From sequence record MW822008.1: 64,000 nucleotides of DNA; one strand, written 5' to 3'. The notes under the pieces were generated by a model that was not told where the DNA came from, did not search any database, and was given only the letters and a program-made list of their open reading frames with translations. The position numbers and the translations under genes are program-made. Below, one piece after another: positions 8,391-16,543 of the stretch. How positions within the stretch are numbered: the stretch's first letter is position 1; every line of letters starts with the position of its first letter.

Positions 8391-8714
8391 ATGGCTAAAA
8401 CTATCATTAACACCGTTTCCCTGGCTGCAATCCGTGCAATCAATGTTGACGGTAAACGTTGGACTGATTCATATGGCAATACTTATCATTCTTGTCATGT
8501 AAGCGTTGAACTGGATAACGGTTTGAATGATCTGGCGGTTGAATCATTTACTTATGGCTATGAAGATGCATATCAACAAACGGCGTTAGATCTCTTAAAG
8601 GAATCAGTAGACGGGCTTAATACTGATGAAACCTCCCTTACTCGTTTGTGCAATGATCTTAATATCCCGTTGCATTGTACTGTACAGAATGTTAAACGCA
8701 AAAAAGATCTTTAA
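8391..8714 (+). CDS. Early hypothetical protein, paralog of 14809
   Basis: RWTDSxGNTYHSCxVS, FTYGY, VKRKKD. Confidence 0.85.
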   Translation: MAKTIINTVSLAAIRAINVDGKRWTDSYGNTYHSCHVSVELDNGLNDLAVESFTYGYEDAYQQTALDLLKESVDGLNTDETSLTRLCNDLNIPLHCTVQNVKRKKDL

Positions 8715-8794
8715 TTAGCTTTACTTTATGCAGATACTTTGATATAGTGTCTGCATAGGGGAAAGAAATTAAATTAACTTAAGAGGATCGTATA

Positions 8795-9064
8795 ATGAAA
8801 AATATCAGTACTTTAATCGATGCAGGTACACATGTTCGGCGGTCTATGGTTGCAACCAGTACTACAAAACAAGTAGCGAGCGGTTATCTTGTATTTGTGC
8901 ACGATGGTAAACTCCTGGAACGTTCAATCAATTTTGATGTTAAAAACAATTGCCGTTTTATTATCTTTAAGCGTGAACAATATAAAATTGATTTACCAGC
9001 GAAGCCCATAAGCGGGGCGTACAACGTGCAATCATTGTTTGAGCGTCAACCTTACACCTATTAA
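8795..9064 (+). CDS. Early hypothetical protein
   Basis: ORF, GAGG RBS. Confidence 0.8.
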   Translation: MKNISTLIDAGTHVRRSMVATSTTKQVASGYLVFVHDGKLLERSINFDVKNNCRFIIFKREQYKIDLPAKPISGAYNVQSLFERQPYTY

Positions 9065-9115
9065 TCAAAACATCGTTAGCGGTCGTTTAAGGCCGCTTAT
9101 ATTGGGGATTATACC

Positions 9116-9388
9116 ATGAACGTTAATCAAGTACTGAATGAGATCGAAAGCATCATTAAACCGATGAAGCGTACTGATGCTATGTTAACACCGGAAGAAA
9201 GCCGCCTATATGAGCGTTACAGCGTCGAACAAGTCCAGGCAATGGCTATGGCTACGCCAGCCGTTAAACCGCCTGAGAATGCGTTACAGGACGTTACAGG
9301 GGATTATATCATTAATCCAGTACTAGGGAAGATGCCGCCAATCACCGAAGAACAAAAAGACTATTTGAGTCAGTACTTAAAAGGTTAA
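9116..9388 (+). CDS. Early hypothetical protein
   Basis: ORF. Confidence 0.75.
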   Translation: MNVNQVLNEIESIIKPMKRTDAMLTPEESRLYERYSVEQVQAMAMATPAVKPPENALQDVTGDYIINPVLGKMPPITEEQKDYLSQYLKG

Positions 9389-9393
9389 TTAAT

Positions 9394-9603
9394 ATGCTTA
9401 CTGTACAGGATAAGATCGACATCTTAAAGGTTAATATGTATGTGATTGATGCCGTACCTGGTAAAGTATTTGCATACGATGATTCTAATCGCAGTCCTTT
9501 CTATTGTAGTCATGTAGTTGGATACGTGCCGTTGGCGTATGTTATCGAAAGAGTGGTTGATGCAGCATACAATCATTTTTTAGAAAATAATACTTGCAAT
9601 TAG
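9394..9603 (+). CDS. Early hypothetical protein
   Basis: ORF. Confidence 0.75.
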   Translation: MLTVQDKIDILKVNMYVIDAVPGKVFAYDDSNRSPFYCSHVVGYVPLAYVIERVVDAAYNHFLENNTCN

Positions 9604-9672
9604 TTTTTAAACGCGTATAATGTTTTACATGAAGGGGAGAAATGATTCTCCCCACTAATTAAGGAATATGAA

Positions 9673-9819
9673 ATGAAAGCATCAAAAAAGAGTAATACCA
9701 AGAAAGCATGTTCACCTTTCGCTGGGGTATTCCCTTTACGTTTCGTTGATGAAGTGGTTTCCTACCCGCTGGGCCTTACTCCTGAGATGGTAGAAAGTTT
9801 GCGTAAATCTAAAAAATAA
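9673..9819 (+). CDS. 48-aa early protein
   Basis: Translated by hand (MKASKKSNTKK...); AAGGA RBS; cassette promoter. Confidence 0.65.
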   Translation: MKASKKSNTKKACSPFAGVFPLRFVDEVVSYPLGLTPEMVESLRKSKK

Positions 9820-9900
9820 TACTTGCAATTAGTTTTCAGTACTGTATAATAGTTTACATGAAGGGGAGAAATGATTCTCCCCAATAACAGGAGAAACAAA

Positions 9901-10053
9901 ATGAAACAATACAACGCTCGGTTTGATGTTACTATCGGCAACGGCAAAGGTCAATTCTCTTTCAGTACTCGCCGCAGTTATACAGAAAACTTCCTGCGAA
10001 ATTGTGCACTGACCGCCGCACAAATTAAACATTACTTCCAGGCTAAAAAATGA
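9901..10053 (+). CDS. 50-aa early protein
   Basis: ORF; AGGAG RBS after hairpin. Confidence 0.75.
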   Translation: MKQYNARFDVTIGNGKGQFSFSTRRSYTENFLRNCALTAAQIKHYFQAKK

Positions 10054-10139
10054 AATCATTAGCTTATTACAGTTCGGCGGTGATCGGTGCATTGATCGCG
10101 GCATTGTTAGTAACCTATCTATTCTTTATGGTGATTTAA
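10050..10139 (+). CDS. 29-aa membrane peptide
   Basis: ATGA overlap with upstream gene; hydrophobic AVIGALIAALLVTYLFFMVI. Confidence 0.55.
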   Translation: MKSLAYYSSAVIGALIAALLVTYLFFMVI

Positions 10140-10259
10140 ATGAATCCTAACGGTTTAATTTACAGTACTACTAAAACGAAAGCAGATAAAGCGAAAGTAA
10201 AGGAGTACATTAAGCAAGGCATGACGCGAAAGGCGGCAGTACTGAAAGCTAAAAAATAA
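10140..10259 (+). CDS. 39-aa basic peptide
   Basis: Abuts upstream stop; followed by terminator. Confidence 0.55.
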   Translation: MNPNGLIYSTTKTKADKAKVKEYIKQGMTRKAAVLKAKK

Positions 10260-10272
10260 ATGAAAAAAGTGG

Positions 10273-10360
10273 TTGACTTCGGTCAGCCATTTTGCTATTA
10301 TATATTCATTGAGAGATAGCTCACTAGCCCACCGGGTGCATAAGTGTATCTATTATATAA
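10273..10360 (+). ncRNA. sRNA family 1 unit
   Basis: TTGACT-17-TATTAT; TGAG-AGATAG-CTCA hairpin; core CCCACCGGGTGCATAAGTGTATCT (10328-10351). Confidence 0.6.
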
Positions 10361-10473
10361 GTATTGAGTACTGAGAACTATTTTTAAAAAGTACTTGCAA
10401 ACTATCTCAATTGGCGTATAATGTTTTACATCGAGAGGGGGAACGGTTTCCCCTGGTAATAAGGAAACGAATC

Positions 10474-10815
10474 ATGACTATCTCAATTGCTCAATCTAAC
10501 TTTGAAAATGAAATCATCGCCCAGGCACTGCGTTTAAATGATGGTCGGGCCGAAATTAATTACGGTTTCAATTCAGGCGGTTGTGAAAACTATCAGTACT
10601 TTGTAACTGCTGATGGCGGTGTCCTGGGCATCAATACCGTTATTGTAAACATTCAGAAAATTAATTTCAATGATCCAGACGATAGCCAGTTTTACATTGT
10701 AGGCGTAGACGTGAACTATGAGGATGACTCACTAACTGATGATCACACTGGCGAGAAGTTAGAAAGTGCATACGGTGAAGATGATTATCAGTCCGGTCCA
10801 GAAGATTTTGAATAA
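10474..10815 (+). CDS. Early acidic hypothetical protein
   Basis: ORF; start after hairpin. Confidence 0.8.
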   Translation: MTISIAQSNFENEIIAQALRLNDGRAEINYGFNSGGCENYQYFVTADGGVLGINTVIVNIQKINFNDPDDSQFYIVGVDVNYEDDSLTDDHTGEKLESAYGEDDYQSGPEDFE

Positions 10816-10906
10816 TATTAAAAAATAGTTTGACAATAGATTATAGTACTGTATAATAAGTTACATCAAGGGGAGAATAGTTCTCCCCACTAACAGAGAA
10901 AACAAA

Positions 10907-11119
10907 ATGGCTAATATCTGCACTGTACTGAAAAATGCAAAACAAGTTTTATTTTCTGACCACGATTATTTTAATAAAGATATTACAGGCGTTCGGAATA
11001 TCAAAGATGTAAAAAGTGTTATGGGTATCTATTGCAATATGAAACGTGTTGGAACGTTCGGCGACAAAGTACTATACCAGGCAGGGGATTACAATTTTAC
11101 ACTGACTATCATTAACTAA
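10907..11119 (+). CDS. Early hypothetical protein
   Basis: ORF. Confidence 0.8.
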   Translation: MANICTVLKNAKQVLFSDHDYFNKDITGVRNIKDVKSVMGIYCNMKRVGTFGDKVLYQAGDYNFTLTIIN

Positions 11120-11202
11120 AAATATTATCACAGTACTATTGACATAGTTTGATAGTACTGACATAATAACTTTTATCAACTACACTACTAAGGAATTAAA
11201 AA

Positions 11203-11382
11203 ATGGCTATCATCGCAAAAACTGAAATCGTTGGTCTGGATTCTATCATCATGACGTTTGAAGATCAAAAAGGTATGTATGTAGTTTCATATGGTGATTA
11301 TGTTCGGGAGTATGAAACGGTAGACGAAGCCTTTGAAAGTTATATTCGCCAGGTGAATAAAGCATACGACGACTACCGCTAA
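11203..11382 (+). CDS. 59-aa early protein, likely paralog of 8089
   Basis: Translated by hand; AAGGA RBS. Confidence 0.75.
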   Translation: MAIIAKTEIVGLDSIIMTFEDQKGMYVVSYGDYVREYETVDEAFESYIRQVNKAYDDYR

Positions 11383-11481
11383 AATATATTACCAGTACTA
11401 TTAAAGTTATTGACATAGTTTGATAGTACTGTATAATAAGTTTTATAAACAGTAGTTAACTTAACCTAAGAGAGAAATAAA

Positions 11482-11625
11482 ATGATCGCACTGGATTCAT
11501 TCATCGACGCAGTACTGGCAAAAACTGGCGAGGATCTGACCGCAGAACAATACGCGATGATCGAGCAATGTCAGCAAAACGGTAAATCGGTGAAAGATAC
11601 TGTTAAGATTATCCGCAAGATGTAA
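11482..11625 (+). CDS. 47-aa early protein
   Basis: Translated by hand; own promoter and terminator. Confidence 0.7.
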   Translation: MIALDSFIDAVLAKTGEDLTAEQYAMIEQCQQNGKSVKDTVKIIRKM

Positions 11626-11631
11626 GATTAT

Positions 11632-11660
11632 AGCCCACTGGTTAACGCTGGTGGGCTTTA
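11632..11660 (+). terminator. Terminator containing a Chi site
   Basis: AGCCCAC/GTGGGCT arms; GCTGGTGG at 11647-11654. Confidence 0.65.
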
Positions 11661-11730
11661 ATCCTTTACCCTATACAATGTCAGTACTAAACCGTTTATC
11701 TCATTAGAATGCGTTACAGGACGTTTGACA

Positions 11731-11928
11731 ATGATTAGCATGAAATCAGTACAAAAACAAATAGAAACATTATCAAAAATTAAACGTAAACAGTACTCGT
11801 TAGAATATACAATCAATGGTAACTATCATCTAATGAAAGAGAATAATTTTATCGTCATTGATGAATCATTGCAAGTTATTAGTATAGTACTGAAAGCATT
11901 AATTAATGATAGAAAAAAATTAAAATAA
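11731..11928 (+). CDS. Basic hypothetical protein
   Basis: ORF. Confidence 0.6.
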   Translation: MISMKSVQKQIETLSKIKRKQYSLEYTINGNYHLMKENNFIVIDESLQVISIVLKALINDRKKLK

Positions 11929-11932
11929 TCTA

Positions 11933-12015
11933 TTGACAATATCCTCCAGTACTGGCATAATACTTACATCAAGACGAGAACGTCACTAACCCATAGGGTG
12001 CACAAATGTAACTGT
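11933..12015 (+). ncRNA. sRNA family 1 unit
   Basis: TTGACA-17-CATAAT; GACG-AGAA-CGTC hairpin; core CCCATAGGGTGCACAAATGTAAC (11990-12012). Confidence 0.6.
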
Positions 12016-12259
12016 ATAATATTGATCAAAAAATGATCTGATCAATACTTGATCAATTTGCGTAAAGTAGTATAATTCTATGCAGTTGGTTAGACGAAAG
12101 GTTATGATTAGTAGTGCAAGTGTATAAAAATTTTCATGGTGTATCGTTCCGCACATATGGCAATGAATATGTGGTATCATGTGGATTGGAAAAAGTAAGA
12201 ACAAGTAATATTATTGTCGCATTACAGTACTATAGTATTTTTATAATGAGGTTAAAATA

Positions 12260-12517
12260 ATGGCTGTAGGATTCGCGAAAGATGGGGCCGAACAAGACGA
12301 GATTAACGCAGTGATTCAGGCCGCCGTTAACCACGCTAGAAAGCAAATTAACGCACAAATAGAATCACTGATACATTGCCTCGACTGCGGCGATATAATC
12401 CCTGAGAAACGACGCCAGGCCGTTAAGGGATGTAAGTACTGCATAACTTGCCAGGAGGATCATGATAGTACTTTTAAACGTCCCCCGCGTAATTGTTGGC
12501 ATAGATCTATGAGATAA
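12260..12517 (+). CDS. DksA/TraR C4 zinc-finger protein (YbiI-like)
   Basis: MAVGFAKDGAEQDEI N-terminus; CLDCGDIIPEKRRQAVKGCKYCITCQ. Confidence 0.9.
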   Translation: MAVGFAKDGAEQDEINAVIQAAVNHARKQINAQIESLIHCLDCGDIIPEKRRQAVKGCKYCITCQEDHDSTFKRPPRNCWHRSMR

Positions 12518-12592
12518 AAAGTATTGACAGTACTATCCAGTAGTGTTATAGTACTTACATCAAGGGGAAACATCTTCCCCTACTAAGAGGAA

Positions 12593-12787
12593 ATGAAAAT
12601 GGAAAACTTATCAAGTATTTTAGTACAAGATGATTTCGGTAATCCTGGAAGTGCTATCATTGTTCGGGGTAATAAAGCAACATTTGTTATTGCTGGTGGA
12701 CCTGTACAGCGTAGCATTAAAAACAATGCCGTTACTATTAATAATGTACGCTATCGCTTAGATAAAGAATTGATTCATAAACTGTAA
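12593..12787 (+). CDS. Early hypothetical protein
   Basis: ORF. Confidence 0.75.
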   Translation: MKMENLSSILVQDDFGNPGSAIIVRGNKATFVIAGGPVQRSIKNNAVTINNVRYRLDKELIHKL

Positions 12788-12814
12788 TATTAATTTAATA
12801 GAGGATAACAATAA

Positions 12815-13138
12815 ATGTACATTCATACTACTATCACAAAGGAAGTCCGTTGCCAGTTCGAAAGTATTCCGGGCGTATGTTTCATCACTGGTACGTTTTC
12901 CCCTGGTGATCGTGATAATCCAGTACTGTTACAATTACGCCATCCATCATGGGATAAAGCATTTGATCTACCGTTGAATGAATTCGCAACTACTGCTGAA
13001 AAGTACATTAAAAATATTCGCGAGAATGATCGACTATTCATTAATGCTTTCAGTGATTCCGCGTTAAGCGAGATCCACAGCGTATTGGTTGCAATCATGG
13101 AATCAATGGAGAAAACTAAATTCAAACAAGGTGAATAA
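12815..13138 (+). CDS. Early hypothetical protein
   Basis: ORF, GAGG RBS. Confidence 0.8.
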   Translation: MYIHTTITKEVRCQFESIPGVCFITGTFSPGDRDNPVLLQLRHPSWDKAFDLPLNEFATTAEKYIKNIRENDRLFINAFSDSALSEIHSVLVAIMESMEKTKFKQGE

Positions 13139-13221
13139 AAACTATTGACAAGATAATCTAGTACTGTATAATAAGTTACATGAAGGGGAGAAATGATTCT
13201 CCCCACTGAGAGGAAAGAAAA

Positions 13222-13434
13222 ATGCAAGGTCAACTAATCGTTCGTAAATGGTCTGATACTAACGCTAAACCGTGGGATGTACAATACATCGGACCGGATG
13301 GGGTATCACGTTATCAGCCTGGCGTAACGCATAGTACTGAGCAATATGCCGCCGCTCACCGCGAACGCCTGTTAGAATCCATGAAACAGGGATACGGTGA
13401 AAAATTCATTCAAGATCATTGGCTGAAAGATTAA
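13222..13434 (+). CDS. Early hypothetical protein
   Basis: ORF, GAGG RBS. Confidence 0.8.
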   Translation: MQGQLIVRKWSDTNAKPWDVQYIGPDGVSRYQPGVTHSTEQYAAAHRERLLESMKQGYGEKFIQDHWLKD

Positions 13435-13451
13435 TATAAGGAGTACAGCTT

Positions 13452-13544
13452 ATGCAAATGAATCCGATGATTATTGTGTTAGCTGTACTTATGATCATTC
13501 ATGCAATAGTAAAAGTATTAACGCAATCAGGAGTAATAAAATGA
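13452..13544 (+). CDS. 30-aa membrane peptide
   Basis: AAGGAG RBS; hydrophobic. Confidence 0.55.
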   Translation: MQMNPMIIVLAVLMIIHAIVKVLTQSGVIK

Positions 13545-13714
13545 TTCAAGTAGAATTATCAGTACTGAAAGATCTGTTTTATCGGTTAGGTACTACTGGC
13601 GAGTATCCTAAAAGTGATACCGCAAAACTTTTTGTATCACTCGACTTATGGCAACGCGAACAATTAGTAATGTCCTGGCGTAAAGGTAAAGCAGATAGCG
13701 AGGTGAAAGCATGA
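13541..13714 (+). CDS. 57-aa early protein
   Basis: AGGAG RBS; ATGA overlaps at both ends. Confidence 0.7.
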   Translation: MIQVELSVLKDLFYRLGTTGEYPKSDTAKLFVSLDLWQREQLVMSWRKGKADSEVKA

Positions 13715-13860
13715 AAGAATTCTTATTCGAAGTAGTGTTTCAAGGTGTCGGTAGTAACCAACTGATTCGCTCAAGTGGTTATAATGTTAACCAGGCATGG
13801 AATAACATTAAACAAATGTACCCGAACGCTATCACCTATCGCAACCCGAAAGAAGTTTAA
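13711..13860 (+). CDS. 49-aa early protein
   Basis: GAGGTG RBS; ATGA overlap; terminator follows. Confidence 0.7.
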   Translation: MKEFLFEVVFQGVGSNQLIRSSGYNVNQAWNNIKQMYPNAITYRNPKEV

Positions 13861-13878
13861 AAATATTTGAAAAAGGGA

Positions 13879-13967
13879 TTGACTCCGGTCAGTCCCTTTG
13901 CTATTATATACGCATAGAAACAAATCAGCCCACAGGGTGCATAAATGTATCTATTGTTTGCTGGTGG
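13879..13967 (+). ncRNA. sRNA family 1 unit
   Basis: TTGACT-17-TATTAT; core CCCACAGGGTGCATAAATGTATCT (13929-13952); Chi at 13960. Confidence 0.6.
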
Positions 13968-14033
13968 CTAGTACTGAAAACTATTTTTAAAAAAGTACTT
14001 GCATTGTACTTAGAATCAAGTATAATGTTTTAC

Positions 14034-14106
14034 ATCAGGACGGGGAACGAAACAAGTAACCCCGTTAAGTAGTCCAGGAGTAAGACATAAGAAAACCTCC
14101 CCTGAT
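14034..14106 (+). ncRNA. sRNA family 2 (three-way junction)
   Basis: Same stems and linker as 3724; lies between two promoters with no ORF. Confidence 0.65.
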
Positions 14107-14175
14107 AAAATAGTTTGACAATAGAAAGTAAACGAGTATAATACTTACATCAACCACTGATAAGGAAACATTAAA

Positions 14176-14451
14176 ATGCGGATTCTACTGACAGCTAACG
14201 AAATCGAACAAGTACTGACTACTAACCTGGAAGACTGGAAACGTGAAGCAGATATCCAGGCGGTTCAACTGCTTAACGATAAGTTAACGCCGGATGACTT
14301 AAGCAAGATTGTAGATCCTCAATTCTACGAAGATATCCACGACACCGCGTTAAGCGTCGAGGATGTACTAGATAAGCACTACATTGATATTGATTTGCAG
14401 GTTTACGGTCGTAAAAACTTTATCACTATTCACGACATTTATAATAATTAA
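14176..14451 (+). CDS. Early acidic hypothetical protein
   Basis: ORF, AAGGA RBS. Confidence 0.8.
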   Translation: MRILLTANEIEQVLTTNLEDWKREADIQAVQLLNDKLTPDDLSKIVDPQFYEDIHDTALSVEDVLDKHYIDIDLQVYGRKNFITIHDIYNN

Positions 14452-14537
14452 GTATTGACAAAGTATCTTAGTACTGTATAATAGTTTACATCGAGAGGGG
14501 GAATGGTTCCCCTCCTAACAAAGAGAGAGAAATAAAA

Positions 14538-14720
14538 ATGGCTAAATGCACTATCTGCAAGAAAGAAATAGTATTAGTTCCAAGTGCCCGTGAACGTGCC
14601 GCTCGGTTCGGTGGCAAAGCGTCAGACTATACAAAAATGTTTACTACCCATGCAGCTTGCCAGGTAGCAAAACGTTCACAAGAAAGCGTAGAATTAATGC
14701 GTAAACTTTCCAAAAAATAA
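14538..14720 (+). CDS. Small zinc-finger-like protein
   Basis: CTIC...HAAC. Confidence 0.7.
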   Translation: MAKCTICKKEIVLVPSARERAARFGGKASDYTKMFTTHAACQVAKRSQESVELMRKLSKK

Positions 14721-14808
14721 GTATTGACAAAGTATCTTAGTACTGTATAATAGTTTACATCAAGTGAGGGGAAACGGTTCCCCTCCTAACAAAGAGAGAG
14801 AAATAAAA

Positions 14809-15132
14809 ATGGCTATGATCCTTGCCCAGAAAGTAGAACTGAAAATTGTAACCTCCTTTGACATTAAAGTTAATCGGTGGACTGATTCACACGGCAATAC
14901 TTACCACTCTTGCTACGTGTCCGCGTTAATTGGCGACCGCTGGGAAGACTTGGGACATGAAACCTTTACTTACGGTTACGGTACACAAGGAGAATACACG
15001 GGCTTGGAGATCATTAAAGAAACCGTTATAGGTTTCAACCCGAAAGAAAAAGTTATTCACCGCATCGAAAAAGAGATTAACAAAGAAATAACAGTTCGCT
15101 ACTACGATGTAAAACGTAAGAAAGACATGTAA
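14809..15132 (+). CDS. Early hypothetical protein, paralog of 8391
   Basis: Shared motifs with 8391. Confidence 0.85.
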   Translation: MAMILAQKVELKIVTSFDIKVNRWTDSHGNTYHSCYVSALIGDRWEDLGHETFTYGYGTQGEYTGLEIIKETVIGFNPKEKVIHRIEKEINKEITVRYYDVKRKKDM

Positions 15133-15227
15133 TAGAATCCATTTAAAGTACTATTTGACATTGCCCAGATAGTACTTTATAATAGACTCTAACTTGTAGT
15201 ACTAACTCAACTAATAGGATGTATACC

Positions 15228-15623
15228 ATGATTACTAAATTCTACGCTACCCGTGAAGCTGCCCGTATTGTTGCACGCGAGGAAGGAGCAGCATTTAAAG
15301 ACATGGGCAAAGATGCACCGAAAGGTCAACGCTGGGCCGTACAGTTCAAAGAAATCTCTGATATTGTGAATTCACCTGAGCCAGTACTAACAGCAGCAGA
15401 ACTAAAACGAGCGGATTTACTGGCGGCAGTACTTAACGCACAAGATGAATTTATCGCTGATTCTGATATCAAAGTACAGACAAACCATACCGCTTGGACT
15501 CACGCGGATCACCTGGCAAACCTTAAGCGTCCAAGTGAACTGGTTCGCAACCAGAAAGAGATCCGACACGACCGTAAGGGTAATCGTGTAACAGTATACA
15601 GTAAACGCCGCCAGGTTATCTAA
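15228..15623 (+). CDS. Early hypothetical protein, paralog of 2856 with a longer middle
   Basis: Shared N- and C-terminal motifs with 2856. Confidence 0.8.
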   Translation: MITKFYATREAARIVAREEGAAFKDMGKDAPKGQRWAVQFKEISDIVNSPEPVLTAAELKRADLLAAVLNAQDEFIADSDIKVQTNHTAWTHADHLANLKRPSELVRNQKEIRHDRKGNRVTVYSKRRQVI

Positions 15624-15645
15624 TAACTTGCAGTACTAACAACAC

Positions 15646-15670
15646 GGCGGGATCAGTTCCCGCCTTTTTT
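15646..15670 (+). terminator. Intrinsic terminator
   Basis: GGCGGGA/TCCCGCC plus T6. Confidence 0.85.
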
Positions 15671-15685
15671 ATAGGATAAACTAAA

Positions 15686-15940
15686 ATGATTAAGGTACAA
15701 CTATCTAAAGATAATATCTTGCGGGTACACTATAAAGCACCACAGAGAATCATCACAAAGGCCGTACAGCTTGCTAATGAGTTTATTAATGGTAACCTAT
15801 TACCAAGGAAGTTAAGCAACGGAAAACTGCGTGTAATCGATGTAGACACTAACAACAGAATAGTAATTGAGAACACAGGAAAGATAAACCTATATGAACA
15901 CCAACAATATAATAAGAAAATAAAACTAATATCACGTTGA
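15686..15940 (+). CDS. ParE/RelE-like toxin-fold protein (tentative)
   Basis: 84 aa, basic; KA..L...F..G...PR.L......I.V....R......G...L..H..YN pattern. Confidence 0.45.
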   Translation: MIKVQLSKDNILRVHYKAPQRIITKAVQLANEFINGNLLPRKLSNGKLRVIDVDTNNRIVIENTGKINLYEHQQYNKKIKLISR

Positions 15941-15993
15941 CAGTACTCAATTGTTTTAGTATTATGTACACATACCAACACGGGAGAAACAAA

Positions 15994-16212
15994 ATGAAAT
16001 TATCTAAAATCGAAAAGAAAACTATTGATGAAGCAGTTAAGCACGGTTATACCTTTCGTAATGATTCACATTTTACCAATTTTCAACAAGGCCAAAGGAC
16101 TATTAAAAAACTAATTGACAAAGGTTTATTAGTTAAAGTAGATAACGGTAACGGCATTGAGTATCAGCCAACCCAAGACGCATTATCTTTAAAGAAATAT
16201 GCAATTATCTAA
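15994..16212 (+). CDS. Early hypothetical protein (possible winged helix)
   Basis: ORF; TIKKLIDKGLL segment. Confidence 0.7.
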   Translation: MKLSKIEKKTIDEAVKHGYTFRNDSHFTNFQQGQRTIKKLIDKGLLVKVDNGNGIEYQPTQDALSLKKYAII

Positions 16213-16269
16213 TTGACAGTACTCAAATGTTTTAGTACTATATGTACATACCAACACGGGGAAAACAAA

Positions 16270-16512
16270 ATGATTACTTTAGAAAAACGTATCAAAGAAA
16301 CTACATCGCTGGTGGAACTGTTAACAGTACTGAAATGCCGTACTACTCGGTTTAGTACACCGGACTTTATTAATATGGTTGATGTTAACGGTCGTTATCG
16401 CATTGCAGTAGAACATGGAACAGCGAAAGTATTCAGTACTAAAAACACTAAGGAAGTGATTCACGCGGTTAGTGTGAAAAAAGTGGTTGCCATTGATAGT
16501 AAAGTACTGTAA
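16270..16512 (+). CDS. Early hypothetical protein
   Basis: ORF; promoter/leader duplicated from the 15994 gene. Confidence 0.75.
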   Translation: MITLEKRIKETTSLVELLTVLKCRTTRFSTPDFINMVDVNGRYRIAVEHGTAKVFSTKNTKEVIHAVSVKKVVAIDSKVL

Positions 16513-16543
16513 GATAGTTTCATTAACTCAAGGAGAACATGCA

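Noticed and set aside
12020-12060. GATC cluster as an oriC-like origin
   Set aside because: No DnaA boxes or 13-mer repeats nearby; better explained as part of a promoter.
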